A stretch of DNA of 40,951 nt from Eggerthellaceae bacterium (GCA_030533105.1 JAUNJT010000003.1:1-40951); one strand, 5' to 3'. Positions 9,165 through 18,143 are shown, counted from the stretch's first letter. Translations and numbers: made by a program. Notes: generated from the letters alone by a model not told the origin.

Positions 9165-9470
9165 TCACTTGCGCTTTTTCGGTGCGGGAAGGTCCGGGAG
9201 CATCTCAGCGATTAGTTCGGCAAGAGCGACGCGATCCTCGATATCCACGAGCAACATGGGCGAGCCGCCCTCGTAGGGCATCTCGTAGGTTGAAAGAACT
9301 GCTCGGGAAGCGGGCGTATCCTTCACGAGGAAGCGGTCATCGTAAACTCCGCCGAAGATCCTCCCGCATGAATAGAGCATATATTCGCCCATCATCTTCC
9401 GCGTGGTAATCTCGGGTGCGATGCTCAGCAAGTCAAGCACGTAATCCAAGTACTCTTCGCTGCTAGCCAT
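9165..9470 (-). CDS. TfoX N-terminal domain-containing protein
   Basis: 101 aa. MASSEEYLDYVLDLL...MMGEYMLYSCGRIFGGVYDDRFLVK matches my recollection of the TfoX_N family. GAGGAAAAGG SD upstream. Confidence 0.65.
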   Translation of the reverse strand: MASSEEYLDYVLDLLSIAPEITTRKMMGEYMLYSCGRIFGGVYDDRFLVKDTPASRAVLSTYEMPYEGGSPMLLVDIEDRVALAELIAEMLPDLPAPKKRK

Positions 9471-9512
9471 ATCTTCTGCCTTTTCCTCAATGCTTATCTT
9501 GTATATGCAGGC

Positions 9513-10679
9513 CTAACTGATTGCGAAAAGTGCCTTCGATTGTTCGGCGATCAGTTCGGGATCCCAGCTTTTCGCAGAGCGGACGGCAGAGTAGGGGTCG
9601 TTGATTGTGACAGTTCCGTCGGCATTGATGCCAGTGATAACGAAGTAGTGGCCGCCTTCGGTGAAGTCGCCTGGGCCGACATTCGCGATTACGAGCTTGC
9701 CCGAGGAAAGCGCTTCCGTAATAGAGTACGCATCCGTACCAATGCGCTGGCTGTTAAGGCCGAGTTCGTTCGCACCATCGGTGAAGAAGGCGCTGTCGGT
9801 TCCATCATATGCTGTTGCGTAGCCGTTATCGATGCACCACACGCCCATTGCATAGGGATCCATAGATGTATCGCCCTTTATCGCCTGATAGACCATTGCC
9901 ATCGTGGTTGGGCCGCAACCGGTCAACGCAAAGGTCGTCGAACTGTATTCGGTGTAGCCCCAACGCTTGTCCCACTGGTAGAAGCGCGGTACACCATTCG
10001 ATGACTCGTCAGTGTGGCTTTCAGTGTAATCGGGTTCGTCAGCGCAATATTTATCTGGCCATTCGCGCACGAAGGAAACAGCTTCTGGCTCTTTAGCGGC
10101 AAGTTTCAATAGCTTATAGCGTACCGTTGGGCCATCCTCGAGGTATTCATCGGGGTTCGAGGCGATCCAGAGCGCCTCGCTGCTCGTCTGTGCCTCTTCG
10201 ATGAGCATATCGGCATACTCTGCACCGATGATGATGGCGATGTAATCATGGTCGATTCCCTCGCGGCTGAGCTCGGAAAACAGCGGCATGAGTCCGATAT
10301 ACGGGTTGAAGGACGTGAGGTTGCCCTCAGATTGTTCGTCTTCAGGCATGTCCTGCGTGTTGCCCTCATCACTTGCCTGTTCCGTGCTGGTGCCAGAGCC
10401 CGATGCTTCAGGGCTTTGATCTGATTGGCTGCAGCTGCGGATGCCCGAAACAATGAGAATGACGATTACGAGCAGGATAATGCCCGCGATGACGAGTTGC
10501 GCAGTTGGCGAGATAACCACTGTGTTGGATTGCCCACGCGAACGCTGCGCCTGCCTATGCGGACGGTTTTCTTGCGTGTGCCCGCTGCGCGTAGTGCGCC
10601 CTGCGCCCTCTCGGGCACGCATGCGTGCTTCGAGACGCTTTCGCGCTGCTTCACGTTGTGTGTCGTTGTCGAATGGCAT
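9513..10679 (-). CDS. Membrane-anchored C39-like cysteine peptidase domain protein (Peptidase_C39_2-like)
   Basis: Basic cytoplasmic N-terminus, a single TM (LVIAGIILLVIVILIVSGI), an acidic S/E-rich linker, and a C-terminal domain with LTGCGPTTMAM (Cys) and GGHYFVITG (His). The start is either ATG 10679 or GTG 10712 (track). I prefer 10679; see the leaderless finding. Confidence 0.7.
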   Translation of the reverse strand: MPFDNDTQREAARKRLEARMRAREGAGRTTRSGHTQENRPHRQAQRSRGQSNTVVISPTAQLVIAGIILLVIVILIVSGIRSCSQSDQSPEASGSGTSTEQASDEGNTQDMPEDEQSEGNLTSFNPYIGLMPLFSELSREGIDHDYIAIIIGAEYADMLIEEAQTSSEALWIASNPDEYLEDGPTVRYKLLKLAAKEPEAVSFVREWPDKYCADEPDYTESHTDESSNGVPRFYQWDKRWGYTEYSSTTFALTGCGPTTMAMVYQAIKGDTSMDPYAMGVWCIDNGYATAYDGTDSAFFTDGANELGLNSQRIGTDAYSITEALSSGKLVIANVGPGDFTEGGHYFVITGINADGTVTINDPYSAVRSAKSWDPELIAEQSKALFAIS

Positions 10680-10685
10680 ACGTTG

Positions 10686-10691
10686 ATTATA
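10686..10691 (-). promoter_or_regulatory. Candidate -10 box (TATAAT on minus strand), 6 nt upstream of ATG 10679
   Basis: The minus strand reads GCCTT-TATAAT-CAACGT-ATG. No SD precedes either candidate start. Confidence 0.3.
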
Positions 10692-10853
10692 AAGGCAGTC
10701 AATGGGGAACACGTTGCCAGTAGGCGTAAAAACACACTTCCAGATAAGAATGCATGAACGTGGTTCCTGTTGGGCGCGGCAAATATTCTCCGCCTTGCCA
10801 TTTGCATCCAGGAGGCACCCAAGGAGGGCTTTTCTGCTATCATCTTTGGATGA

Positions 10854-11543
10854 TTGGGGGCAGATGCTTCGATGGATGAAAAGCTTTTCTCAACTGCAAT
10901 AAAGAAATTCGTGGCGGGCGTCGTGGTCGTCGGCCTGCTGTTATTCGTGCCTGCAGGGACGCTTGCCTGGTGGCAAGGATGGCTTTTCATGGGAATCCTT
11001 TTCGTGCCGATGTTTGTTGCCGGCCTTATCATGATGCGTAAAGCGCCGGATTTGTTGCGCAAACGTTTGGATGCCAAGGAAGACGAATCCGAGCAGAAAG
11101 CGGTGCTTGCGCTTTCAGCGCTCATGTTCGTTGCCGCGTTCGTGGTAGCCGGCCTCGGCGTTCGTTTCAGCTGGATCATGCTTCCTTCGTGGGCGACGTG
11201 GATAGGCGTCGTGATTTTTCTCGTATCTTACGGTCTCTATGCCGAGGTCATGCGTGAGAATGCATACCTGTCGCGTACGGTCGAGGTTCAAGAAGGACAG
11301 CATGTGGTCGATACCGGCCTCTATGGCATCGTGCGGCATCCAATGTATAGCGTGACGCTTTTCCTGTTTCTGTCGATGCCCATCGTGCTCGGCTCACCGT
11401 TCTCGTTCATCATCATGCTTGTGTATATTCCTATCATCGTAAAGCGAATCCGCAACGAAGAAGAAGTGCTTGCAGAAGGCCTTGCGGGCTACGACGAGTA
11501 TATGACGCGCGTGAAGTGGCGTCTCGTGCCCCGCATCTGGTAA
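10854..11543 (+). CDS. Isoprenylcysteine carboxyl methyltransferase (ICMT/PEMT-like) family membrane methyltransferase
   Basis: 229 aa with about 5 TM. C-terminal GLYGIVRHPMY...NEEEVL motif typical of the ICMT/PEMT-type family. Confidence 0.8.
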   Translation: MGADASMDEKLFSTAIKKFVAGVVVVGLLLFVPAGTLAWWQGWLFMGILFVPMFVAGLIMMRKAPDLLRKRLDAKEDESEQKAVLALSALMFVAAFVVAGLGVRFSWIMLPSWATWIGVVIFLVSYGLYAEVMRENAYLSRTVEVQEGQHVVDTGLYGIVRHPMYSVTLFLFLSMPIVLGSPFSFIIMLVYIPIIVKRIRNEEEVLAEGLAGYDEYMTRVKWRLVPRIW

Positions 11544-11577
11544 CCATCATTCCGCCCCATGGATTCAAGGAAAGAAC

Positions 11578-11596
11578 GGCCTCCGAGCGGGAGGCC
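11578..11596. terminator. Bidirectional hairpin between convergent genes
   Basis: GGCCTCC-GAGCG-GGAGGCC, with AAAGAAC on the 5' side and ATTCTT on the 3' side. It sits between the stops at 11543 (+) and 11613 (-). Confidence 0.6.
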
Positions 11597-11612
11597 ATTC
11601 TTAGTAGATATC

Positions 11613-12335
11613 CTAAAGACGTCTGAGCACAACGGCGATCGTGTTCAAGTAGTCAAGAGCTCCTGCCTCGATGGCTGCGCGGTCGCCGCGTGCGTATTCA
11701 TTGTCACATGCAAGCCAATCGTCCCATGCCTCGGCGGTACAAGCCATTTGATGCATATCGATGATCTCAATGTCCTTTGTTTGGCTGATGAGCGCATGCC
11801 ACCAGTTCATGTCATGCATGTACTCAAGCTGTTCAGGCGTCCACGACGCGAGCAAACACTCGGGCAAATCATCGTGGCAGTCGCGCACCATGCCGGGAAA
11901 AGCAAGGTTTATCATGCCGCCAGCCTTGACGTACGGCAGAAGCTTTGCGCCCAGGTATTCCGGGTCGCGTCCGAAGTAGTTGTAAGAATCGATGCTCACC
12001 ACAGCATCGAAGAATCCGGTTGCAAAGGGGAGGCCTTGCGTTGCGTCTGCCTTTATGGGGCAAATGTCGCGATTTGAAAGCCCCATCTCCTCGAAGAAGC
12101 GCATGTTGTCGCCCGGTTCGCTCCATAAATCCACGGCGTAGGTTAAAAAGCCGTATTCACGCGCCAGCATGCACGAGGTGATGCCCGTGCCGCTGCCGAG
12201 GTCGAGCACGACAGACCCTGGTGCAATCGCGCTACCTTCAAGCAATTCCTCGCAAAGCTTCAAAGGGTTTGGACCCATGATCTTAGACTGGATGATGGAT
12301 GTGGGGAAAGACCCCGTTTTCGGGAATGTGTTCAT
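11613..12335 (-). CDS. Class I SAM-dependent methyltransferase
   Basis: 240 aa with the VLDLGSGTG SAM-binding motif I and FDAVVSIDS (motif II-like). GGAGAA SD upstream. Confidence 0.85.
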   Translation of the reverse strand: MNTFPKTGSFPTSIIQSKIMGPNPLKLCEELLEGSAIAPGSVVLDLGSGTGITSCMLAREYGFLTYAVDLWSEPGDNMRFFEEMGLSNRDICPIKADATQGLPFATGFFDAVVSIDSYNYFGRDPEYLGAKLLPYVKAGGMINLAFPGMVRDCHDDLPECLLASWTPEQLEYMHDMNWWHALISQTKDIEIIDMHQMACTAEAWDDWLACDNEYARGDRAAIEAGALDYLNTIAVVLRRL

Positions 12336-12587
12336 GATGGTTCTCCTTCTGCAGATTGTTATGGAACTAAATGATTGCGCATACCAACTACAGCAGCGGA
12401 TGCTGCTTGTTCAAATCCTATTCAGTTGGCGTTCTTCTACAGAACAATGACCAAAAAGACATCCCCTTGAAGGACTTGGTCGCGCACGACCCTGTGCCGC
12501 GCGCACTGCTGCCATCATAGCATATGGCTCCCCGCTGGCGTACAATGTATGTGCCTGCTTGGAAAACGGCAATGTAAGGAGGTTTCC

Positions 12588-14045
12588 ATGGGAATCGTCT
12601 ATGCGTGCGCAGTGCCGCATCCTCCACTGATCGTGCCCGCAGTCGGTCGCGGGGAAGAGAAGAAAATCCAGGCAACCATCGATGCATACCATCAGATCGC
12701 GCGCGAGGTTCTGGCTGCGAAACCCGATGTGATCGTGGTGACATCGCCTCATGCTCCATACTTTCGCAACGTGTTCCACATAACGACCGATGCGATGCTC
12801 TGGGGCTCGATGGCGCAGTTCCGCGTGCCTGTCTGCTGCATCGAGGCACGATGCGATATCACGTTCGCTCGGACACTGGTTAGCGAGCTTCGCAAGAATG
12901 ATATTCCTGCAGCGACAAGCGATGATTACCGCGACGATATGGACCATGCCACCTTGGTTCCGCTGTATTTCGTGCGAGAAGCATATCGGGAGGCAGCAGG
13001 CGAGGATGGTCAGCTTGGAGTCGACTTGCCTTGTCCTATCGTGCGCATCGGCTTGTCGATGCTTCCAGCAGAAACGCACCGCGAGTTGGGTCGCATCATT
13101 GCGCATGTTGCGAATGAACAGGGAAAACGCGTTGCGTTCATCGCAAGCGGCGACCTTTCCCATAAGCTCAAGGCCGATGGTCCCTACGGATATGTGCCCG
13201 AAGGTCCGGCGTTCGACGCGCAGATTTGCGAGTTGTTCGCTGCAGGCGACTTGGACGGTCTATTCATGATGGATGCCAATCTGTGCGAGGCGGCTTCCGA
13301 GTGCGGTTTACGTTCTTTCCAGATCATGGCCGGCGCGCTCGAGGGACTCGATGTTGATGCCGAGCTTCTGTCTCACGAAGGAACCTTCGGCGTCGGCTAC
13401 GGTGTTGCGGCGTTTCGCATTGCCGACCTCCCGTCGTGCGAATGCGAACCTTCTTGGCCGGTTCAGGATGCCGCACCCGACGAGCAGGAACCCGAAGTCA
13501 GCGAAGACGTGGATCCGCACATCGCACTCGCACGGCTCTCGGTAGAGACCTACGTGCGTACAGGCAGGGCTGCTCAACTGCCTGCGGATGTACCGCAAGA
13601 GCTTCTCAACACGCAAGCCGGTGCGTTCGTATCGCTGCATGAGCATGGTCAACTGCGCGGCTGTATCGGAACCATCGCGCCTACTCGCGAAAACGTTGCT
13701 CAGGAAATCCTCCAGAATGGCATTTCGGCCTGCTCGCGCGATCCGCGTTTCGATTCGGTGACCGAAGATGAGCTCGATTATCTCGAGTATTCGGTCGACG
13801 TGCTTGCACCGGCCGAGCCGATTGAATCGACCGACCAGCTCGACCCCGTACGTTACGGTGTTATCGTGACGAAGGGTTGGCGGCGCGGCTTGCTTCTGCC
13901 GAATCTTGAAGGCGTCGATACGGTGGACGAGCAGGTTTTCATCGCGAAGCGGAAGGCGGGTATCTCACCCCTCGATACCAACGTGCAGCTTGAGCGTTTC
14001 GAAGTCGTCCGCTATACGCGTGGCGGCGAGCCGAGGATCCCATGA
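12588..14045 (+). CDS. Fusion protein: class III extradiol dioxygenase (LigB/Memo-fold) domain + AMMECR1 domain (AmmeMemoRadiSam system protein A-like)
   Basis: Start at ATG 12588 (AAGGAGG SD; the track ORF starts at 12549). N-terminal half: VPHPP, SPHAPY, DHATLVPLYF, SGDLSHKL. C-terminal half: LRGCIGT, SRDPRF, GLLLPNLEG (AMMECR1). Confidence 0.85.
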   Translation: MGIVYACAVPHPPLIVPAVGRGEEKKIQATIDAYHQIAREVLAAKPDVIVVTSPHAPYFRNVFHITTDAMLWGSMAQFRVPVCCIEARCDITFARTLVSELRKNDIPAATSDDYRDDMDHATLVPLYFVREAYREAAGEDGQLGVDLPCPIVRIGLSMLPAETHRELGRIIAHVANEQGKRVAFIASGDLSHKLKADGPYGYVPEGPAFDAQICELFAAGDLDGLFMMDANLCEAASECGLRSFQIMAGALEGLDVDAELLSHEGTFGVGYGVAAFRIADLPSCECEPSWPVQDAAPDEQEPEVSEDVDPHIALARLSVETYVRTGRAAQLPADVPQELLNTQAGAFVSLHEHGQLRGCIGTIAPTRENVAQEILQNGISACSRDPRFDSVTEDELDYLEYSVDVLAPAEPIESTDQLDPVRYGVIVTKGWRRGLLLPNLEGVDTVDEQVFIAKRKAGISPLDTNVQLERFEVVRYTRGGEPRIP

Positions 14046-14893
14046 GCGATGTGACGGCAGCCCGATTGACGTGTGGCACCTGCCCGCACGCATGCTCTCT
14101 TGCATCGGGCCAGGTGGGGTATTGTCGCGCTCGCGTTTCCGATGGCGAAGCGATTGTCCCGCAATCTTACGGCCGCATCACTTCGCTCGCGCTCGATCCG
14201 ATCGAGAAGAAGCCCATCGCGCGGTGGAATCCCGGCACCACAGTGCTTTCTCTTGGCAGCTATGGCTGCACGATGCGCTGTCCTTTCTGTCAGAACGATT
14301 CCATCGCTCAAGTGGGCGCTGATGGGGTCCAATGGTTCTCGGCCACGCCGCAAGGAATCGTTCAGCGGGCTTTAGACTTGCGGTATCGCGGCTGTATCGG
14401 TATCGCCTATACCTACAATGAACCGCTTGCAGGATGGGAATTTGTGCGTGATACTGCTCAGCTCGCGCACGATGCCGGACTTAAAAACGTCTTGGTTTCG
14501 AATGGCATGGTGAATGCAGAGCCGCTCGCAGAGGTCGCAACGCTTATCGATGCGGCGAACATCGATCTCAAGTGCTTCACGGAGGAAGGGTATCGGACGC
14601 TTGGGGGCGATCTGACTGCCGTAAAACGAACAATCGAAACGCTCGTTAGGAGCGGCACCTGCCACGTTGAAGTGACTACGCTTGTGGTTCCCGGGTTGAA
14701 CGATACGGCGAAGGAGATCGATGCGCTCTGCACGTGGCTCGCCGACATCGACCCCGACATACCGTACCATCTCTCACGGTTCTTCCCGCACTTCAAGATG
14801 ATGGATGCGCGTTCAACGCCGATTTCTTCGATGCACGAGCTTGCTTCTGTGGCGCGCACGCACATGCACGACGTGCTCTTCGGAAATATGTAA
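14042..14893 (+). CDS. AmmeMemoRadiSam-type radical SAM enzyme (PflA-like)
   Basis: 283 aa. ATGA overlap with the upstream gene. CGTCPHAC...GYC N-terminal Cys cluster, DPIEKKP, and CTMRCPFCQN (CX3CX2C). Confidence 0.88.
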   Translation: MSDVTAARLTCGTCPHACSLASGQVGYCRARVSDGEAIVPQSYGRITSLALDPIEKKPIARWNPGTTVLSLGSYGCTMRCPFCQNDSIAQVGADGVQWFSATPQGIVQRALDLRYRGCIGIAYTYNEPLAGWEFVRDTAQLAHDAGLKNVLVSNGMVNAEPLAEVATLIDAANIDLKCFTEEGYRTLGGDLTAVKRTIETLVRSGTCHVEVTTLVVPGLNDTAKEIDALCTWLADIDPDIPYHLSRFFPHFKMMDARSTPISSMHELASVARTHMHDVLFGNM

Positions 14894-14919
14894 CGAACAC
14901 CATTGTTTTCGGGCATTAA

Positions 14920-14950
14920 TCAAGGGCGCGCATCATATGCGCGCCCTTGA
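14920..14950. terminator. Bidirectional hairpin terminator between convergent genes
   Basis: Perfect 14-bp stem TCAAGGGCGCGCAT / ATGCGCGCCCTTGA with a 3-nt centre, between the stops at 14893 (+) and 14973 (-). Confidence 0.75.
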
Positions 14951-14972
14951 TCTTCCATGTTTGCCTTAGCTG

Positions 14973-15350
14973 TTACTCGGGTCGCTTTTCTGGCAGGATC
15001 TCGATCCAAGTACCATCGGGATCGGTGATGAAATACAGACCCATATGCGTGTTCTCGAACACGATGCACCCCATCTCCTCATGCAGCGCATGGAATGCAT
15101 CGATATCGTCGACACGGAAGGCGATATGCGTATCAGAGCCACCATTCTCGTATGGTTCCACACGACCACGATTCCACGTGAGCTCGAGCATGAAAGGCGA
15201 GGCATCGTTCACCAAGAACGTGTTCGTCCACGAGCCATCCTCGGGACCGACCTCGCGGTCAACATGGAATCCTAAAGCCTTCTCGTAGAACGCGATCGTG
15301 GCCTTTTTGTCGAGGACGTGCGTGCAGCGATGGATGAACTGTGCTTTCAT
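14973..15350 (-). CDS. VOC family protein, glyoxalase I (lactoylglutathione lyase)-like
   Basis: 125 aa. HVLDKKATIAFYEKALGF at the N-terminus, HIAFRVDDI, and YFITDPDGTWIEI at the C-terminus, which are the paired beta-alpha-beta-beta-beta module hallmarks of small GloA-type enzymes. Confidence 0.8.
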   Translation of the reverse strand: MKAQFIHRCTHVLDKKATIAFYEKALGFHVDREVGPEDGSWTNTFLVNDASPFMLELTWNRGRVEPYENGGSDTHIAFRVDDIDAFHALHEEMGCIVFENTHMGLYFITDPDGTWIEILPEKRPE

Positions 15351-15442
15351 GGTGCGACTCCTTTGTCTCGTCGTTGTTGCATCGCGCGGGTATCGATGCG
15401 ATTCGGCTCATTTCGTTCGTGGCGGAATCGCCACGTTATTAC

Positions 15443-16846
15443 TTACAAATTGCAATCAACCCATACGACGGCGCTTGTCAGGTCTCCCATGGGCTGGCTG
15501 ATGATGGGCTTCGGTCCCAGCCGTGCGAACACGCCGCCGAACGTTCCGTTGAACGAATATAGCCCAGGCATGTTGTTGTAACGAACGATATCGCGCGGGA
15601 TGTCGGCATCGTCGGCGATAAGAAGATCGTTGCAGATGGGAAGAAGCTCGGTCTTATACGGCGTCAAGTAGGTCTGCGCGAGGAATGGCGCGCCTGCTGC
15701 ATTATTCGCGAAGCGCGCGATGATATCCTCCCACTCCTCTTGAGAATGCATTTGTCCTGTGTACACATCATGTGCACCATACTGGTCGGTCGGCTTGATG
15801 ATCCATGCATCTTTGTTCGCGCGGATTTCATCAAGGTCGATGTGCTCATCGTCTAAGAACACCGTACGCGGAACCCAAGCGTCCACGAAATCGCATTCTT
15901 CCTGTGTGAGCATCTCACGCGTTTCTGGCCAGAACACAGCACTGAAGATCTGCTTGTCGTGCACGATGTGACCCGCGAAGCTTCCGATGAGTGCGACGGC
16001 GCCATCGCGTACGGCGGCGATCATCGGTTGGCTTGCTTCCCAGTTCGTGAGCACATCGTTCGTCACGGCGCGGCGCCAGATGGCATCGATTTTACGGCCC
16101 TTCGCATCGCGCAACTCTCGCGCATCGGCATCGTAGGACAGGTCGCGCACGTCCTCTATAAGGCAGGGGTAGCCGTGCTCACCGAAATAGCGCGCATATA
16201 CGCGGAACTCGTCCACGACGGCGTTTTCCATGAAGTCCGCGATGGCGAACGTGGGATGTTCGACTCGGTTTTCGAACGTATTGTAAATGCGGATGAACTC
16301 CTCGACCCAAGGATTGAACAAGTCGGATGTTTGCACTTGATGCATTTCCGCGAAACGACGAAACGTCTCGGATTGTGCGATGGAGATATTGAGTTCGCGG
16401 TCCTCATTCATGCCAGACGAACCGTCTGCGTTCCATTCGCAGAAGCCCCCCGTGAGCGCATCTTCGTCCAAGAAGACGTCGAAGCGCGCGAAAGGGAGGA
16501 GCGCATCATAGCGCTGCGGGATGAGGATGAGTTCGCGCAGGCGCTCATCGTAGTCGAACAGCTCTCGGTATGAGGGATCGTCCAAGTAGCGGCGTATGAT
16601 CTTCTCACAGATGCGGTGCGCGGTTTCTGCAAGGTCTTTCATCAGGTCGTAGGTTGTGCGATCGAACAGACGCGGCACGAAGGATGATTCGGCTTGGATG
16701 TAGTGTACAAGCGCCGTTGAATTCTCCATATAGGCGAATGCGGACTCGCGACCGGGGATGTCTCCGTCAAGCGAGTCGATGATGTCGAGATATTCGCGTG
16801 TGTATGCGGTGTTCTTCGCCAAAACGGTATCGGGCACCATGATCAT
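15443..16846 (-). CDS. Glutathionylspermidine synthase-like (pre-ATP-grasp) amide ligase family protein
   Basis: 467 aa. FARFDVFLDEDALTGGFCEWNADGSSGMNE resembles the GSP_synth core (RFDf...LlEyNADtPt). IIKPTDQYGAHDVY is ATP-grasp-like. ATG 16846 overlaps the alkA stop (ATGA). The second ATG at 16840 has better spacing to the GGAGGAG SD. Confidence 0.55.
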   Translation of the reverse strand: MIMVPDTVLAKNTAYTREYLDIIDSLDGDIPGRESAFAYMENSTALVHYIQAESSFVPRLFDRTTYDLMKDLAETAHRICEKIIRRYLDDPSYRELFDYDERLRELILIPQRYDALLPFARFDVFLDEDALTGGFCEWNADGSSGMNEDRELNISIAQSETFRRFAEMHQVQTSDLFNPWVEEFIRIYNTFENRVEHPTFAIADFMENAVVDEFRVYARYFGEHGYPCLIEDVRDLSYDADARELRDAKGRKIDAIWRRAVTNDVLTNWEASQPMIAAVRDGAVALIGSFAGHIVHDKQIFSAVFWPETREMLTQEECDFVDAWVPRTVFLDDEHIDLDEIRANKDAWIIKPTDQYGAHDVYTGQMHSQEEWEDIIARFANNAAGAPFLAQTYLTPYKTELLPICNDLLIADDADIPRDIVRYNNMPGLYSFNGTFGGVFARLGPKPIISQPMGDLTSAVVWVDCNL

Positions 16847-17502
16847 CTCCTCCGTGTGGTCTTAGGTGCATAATCGCGGTCGTAACCGGGCACATCCATA
16901 TGTGAAACAGCCCACAGATACAAGCTCGCCACACTCCCGTATGGAGAATAGCGGCGGCGGTATTTCTCAAACATTTTCCGTGTGACCTTGCGATGGTGGT
17001 AGATCATGCGCATGCCACGATGTATGGCAAGATCGCCAAAGCTTAAGATGTCGGTCCGTCCAAGGTTGAAGAGCAAAAGCATCTCGGCCGTCCATACGCC
17101 GATGCCGGGCAGGGCGCTTAACGCAGCGATCGCATCAGCGTCATCCATATGCTCCACGGCATCGATATCGAATTCGCCCGAAACGACCTTTTCGGCGAAG
17201 CCTTTTATGTAACCAGCTTTCGTGAACGTGATGCCGCACTTCTGCAACTCGGTTTCGCTTGCCGCGCTTACGGTCTCGGGAGTCACTTCGCCCAAAGCCT
17301 CAAGCATGCGCGCCCACACGGTAGCCTGTGCTGCCGAGGATATCTGCTGGCCAACGATGTGATGCACGACGCCTGCGAATAGGTCGTCGCCTTCCATTTC
17401 GCGATACACATGCCCAACCGCTTCGATGGCTGCCGCCAGCTTCTTGTCCCTGGATTTGAGGTACTTGATCTCCTCATCACCGTATTCGAAGTAGCGTGCC
17501 AT
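16843..17502 (-). CDS. alkA: DNA-3-methyladenine glycosylase II family (HhH-GPD)
   Basis: 219 aa with the LSALPGIGVWTAEMLLLF helix-hairpin-helix and a downstream conserved Asp region (SFGDLAI). Starts 2 nt after the ogt stop. Confidence 0.85.
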   Translation of the reverse strand: MARYFEYGDEEIKYLKSRDKKLAAAIEAVGHVYREMEGDDLFAGVVHHIVGQQISSAAQATVWARMLEALGEVTPETVSAASETELQKCGITFTKAGYIKGFAEKVVSGEFDIDAVEHMDDADAIAALSALPGIGVWTAEMLLLFNLGRTDILSFGDLAIHRGMRMIYHHRKVTRKMFEKYRRRYSPYGSVASLYLWAVSHMDVPGYDRDYAPKTTRRR

Positions 17503-17504
17503 GC

Positions 17505-18089
17505 TTATGCTCCCGATCCGAGAACCGATTGTGCAGCTCCTGCAATACCTTCGAGCGCGGTGCCTTTCGTCGGGCGTTTGAACGTGCTTTTCATCGCGTG
17601 TTCGTGTTCGAGCAGCTTGATTTTGGTATCGATACCACCGCCGAAACCGGTCAGGTTGTCATTTGATCCAACCACGCGATGGCACGGAACGATAAGACAC
17701 AGCGGATTGTGGCCGACAGCACCGCCAACCGCACGTGCGGACTGGCGTTTGCCGGTTTCGGCTTCGAGGCGTTTTGCTATGGCGCCATACGTAGTGGTCT
17801 GCCCATAAGGGATATCGAGCATGGCCTCACGTACTCGCATTTGGAACTCGGTTGCGCGGGCGCATAACGGCAACTCACGAGGATCGGGTGCGTCACCTGC
17901 AAAGTAGCGGTCGAGCCAAGCGCGTACCTGCTCGAAAACCGGCAGGTCGTCCTTTCGTTCCAAGCATCCATCGACGCCGATGCCGAAGTATCGATCGTTG
18001 TCGAACCAGCAACCGCATAGGCCTTCGCCATCGCTTGCGAAAACGAGCTTGCCGATGATGGGCGTATCGTAATCCGAGTAGTACGTCAA
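17505..18089 (-). CDS. ogt: Methylated-DNA--protein-cysteine methyltransferase
   Basis: IVPCHRVV active site and GAVGHNP. The track ORF extends to 18197. I prefer TTG 18089, preceded by AAGGAAGGA (6-nt spacer), giving M-TYYSDYDTPIIGKLVFASDG, a typical MGMT N-terminus. ATG 18140 is an alternative. Confidence 0.85.
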   Translation of the reverse strand: MTYYSDYDTPIIGKLVFASDGEGLCGCWFDNDRYFGIGVDGCLERKDDLPVFEQVRAWLDRYFAGDAPDPRELPLCARATEFQMRVREAMLDIPYGQTTTYGAIAKRLEAETGKRQSARAVGGAVGHNPLCLIVPCHRVVGSNDNLTGFGGGIDTKIKLLEHEHAMKSTFKRPTKGTALEGIAGAAQSVLGSGA

Positions 18090-18143
18090 AGCGGTATCCT
18101 TCCTTGAGATGCCTTGACAAGCGCATCCTTTCGTCTGCATTGG

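Noticed and set aside
12411-13163. 250-aa minus-strand ORF opposite the LigB::AMMECR1 gene. The same applies to 10466-11179, opposite the ICMT-like gene.
   Set aside because: It is an antisense shadow, and the plus-strand products have clear family motifs.
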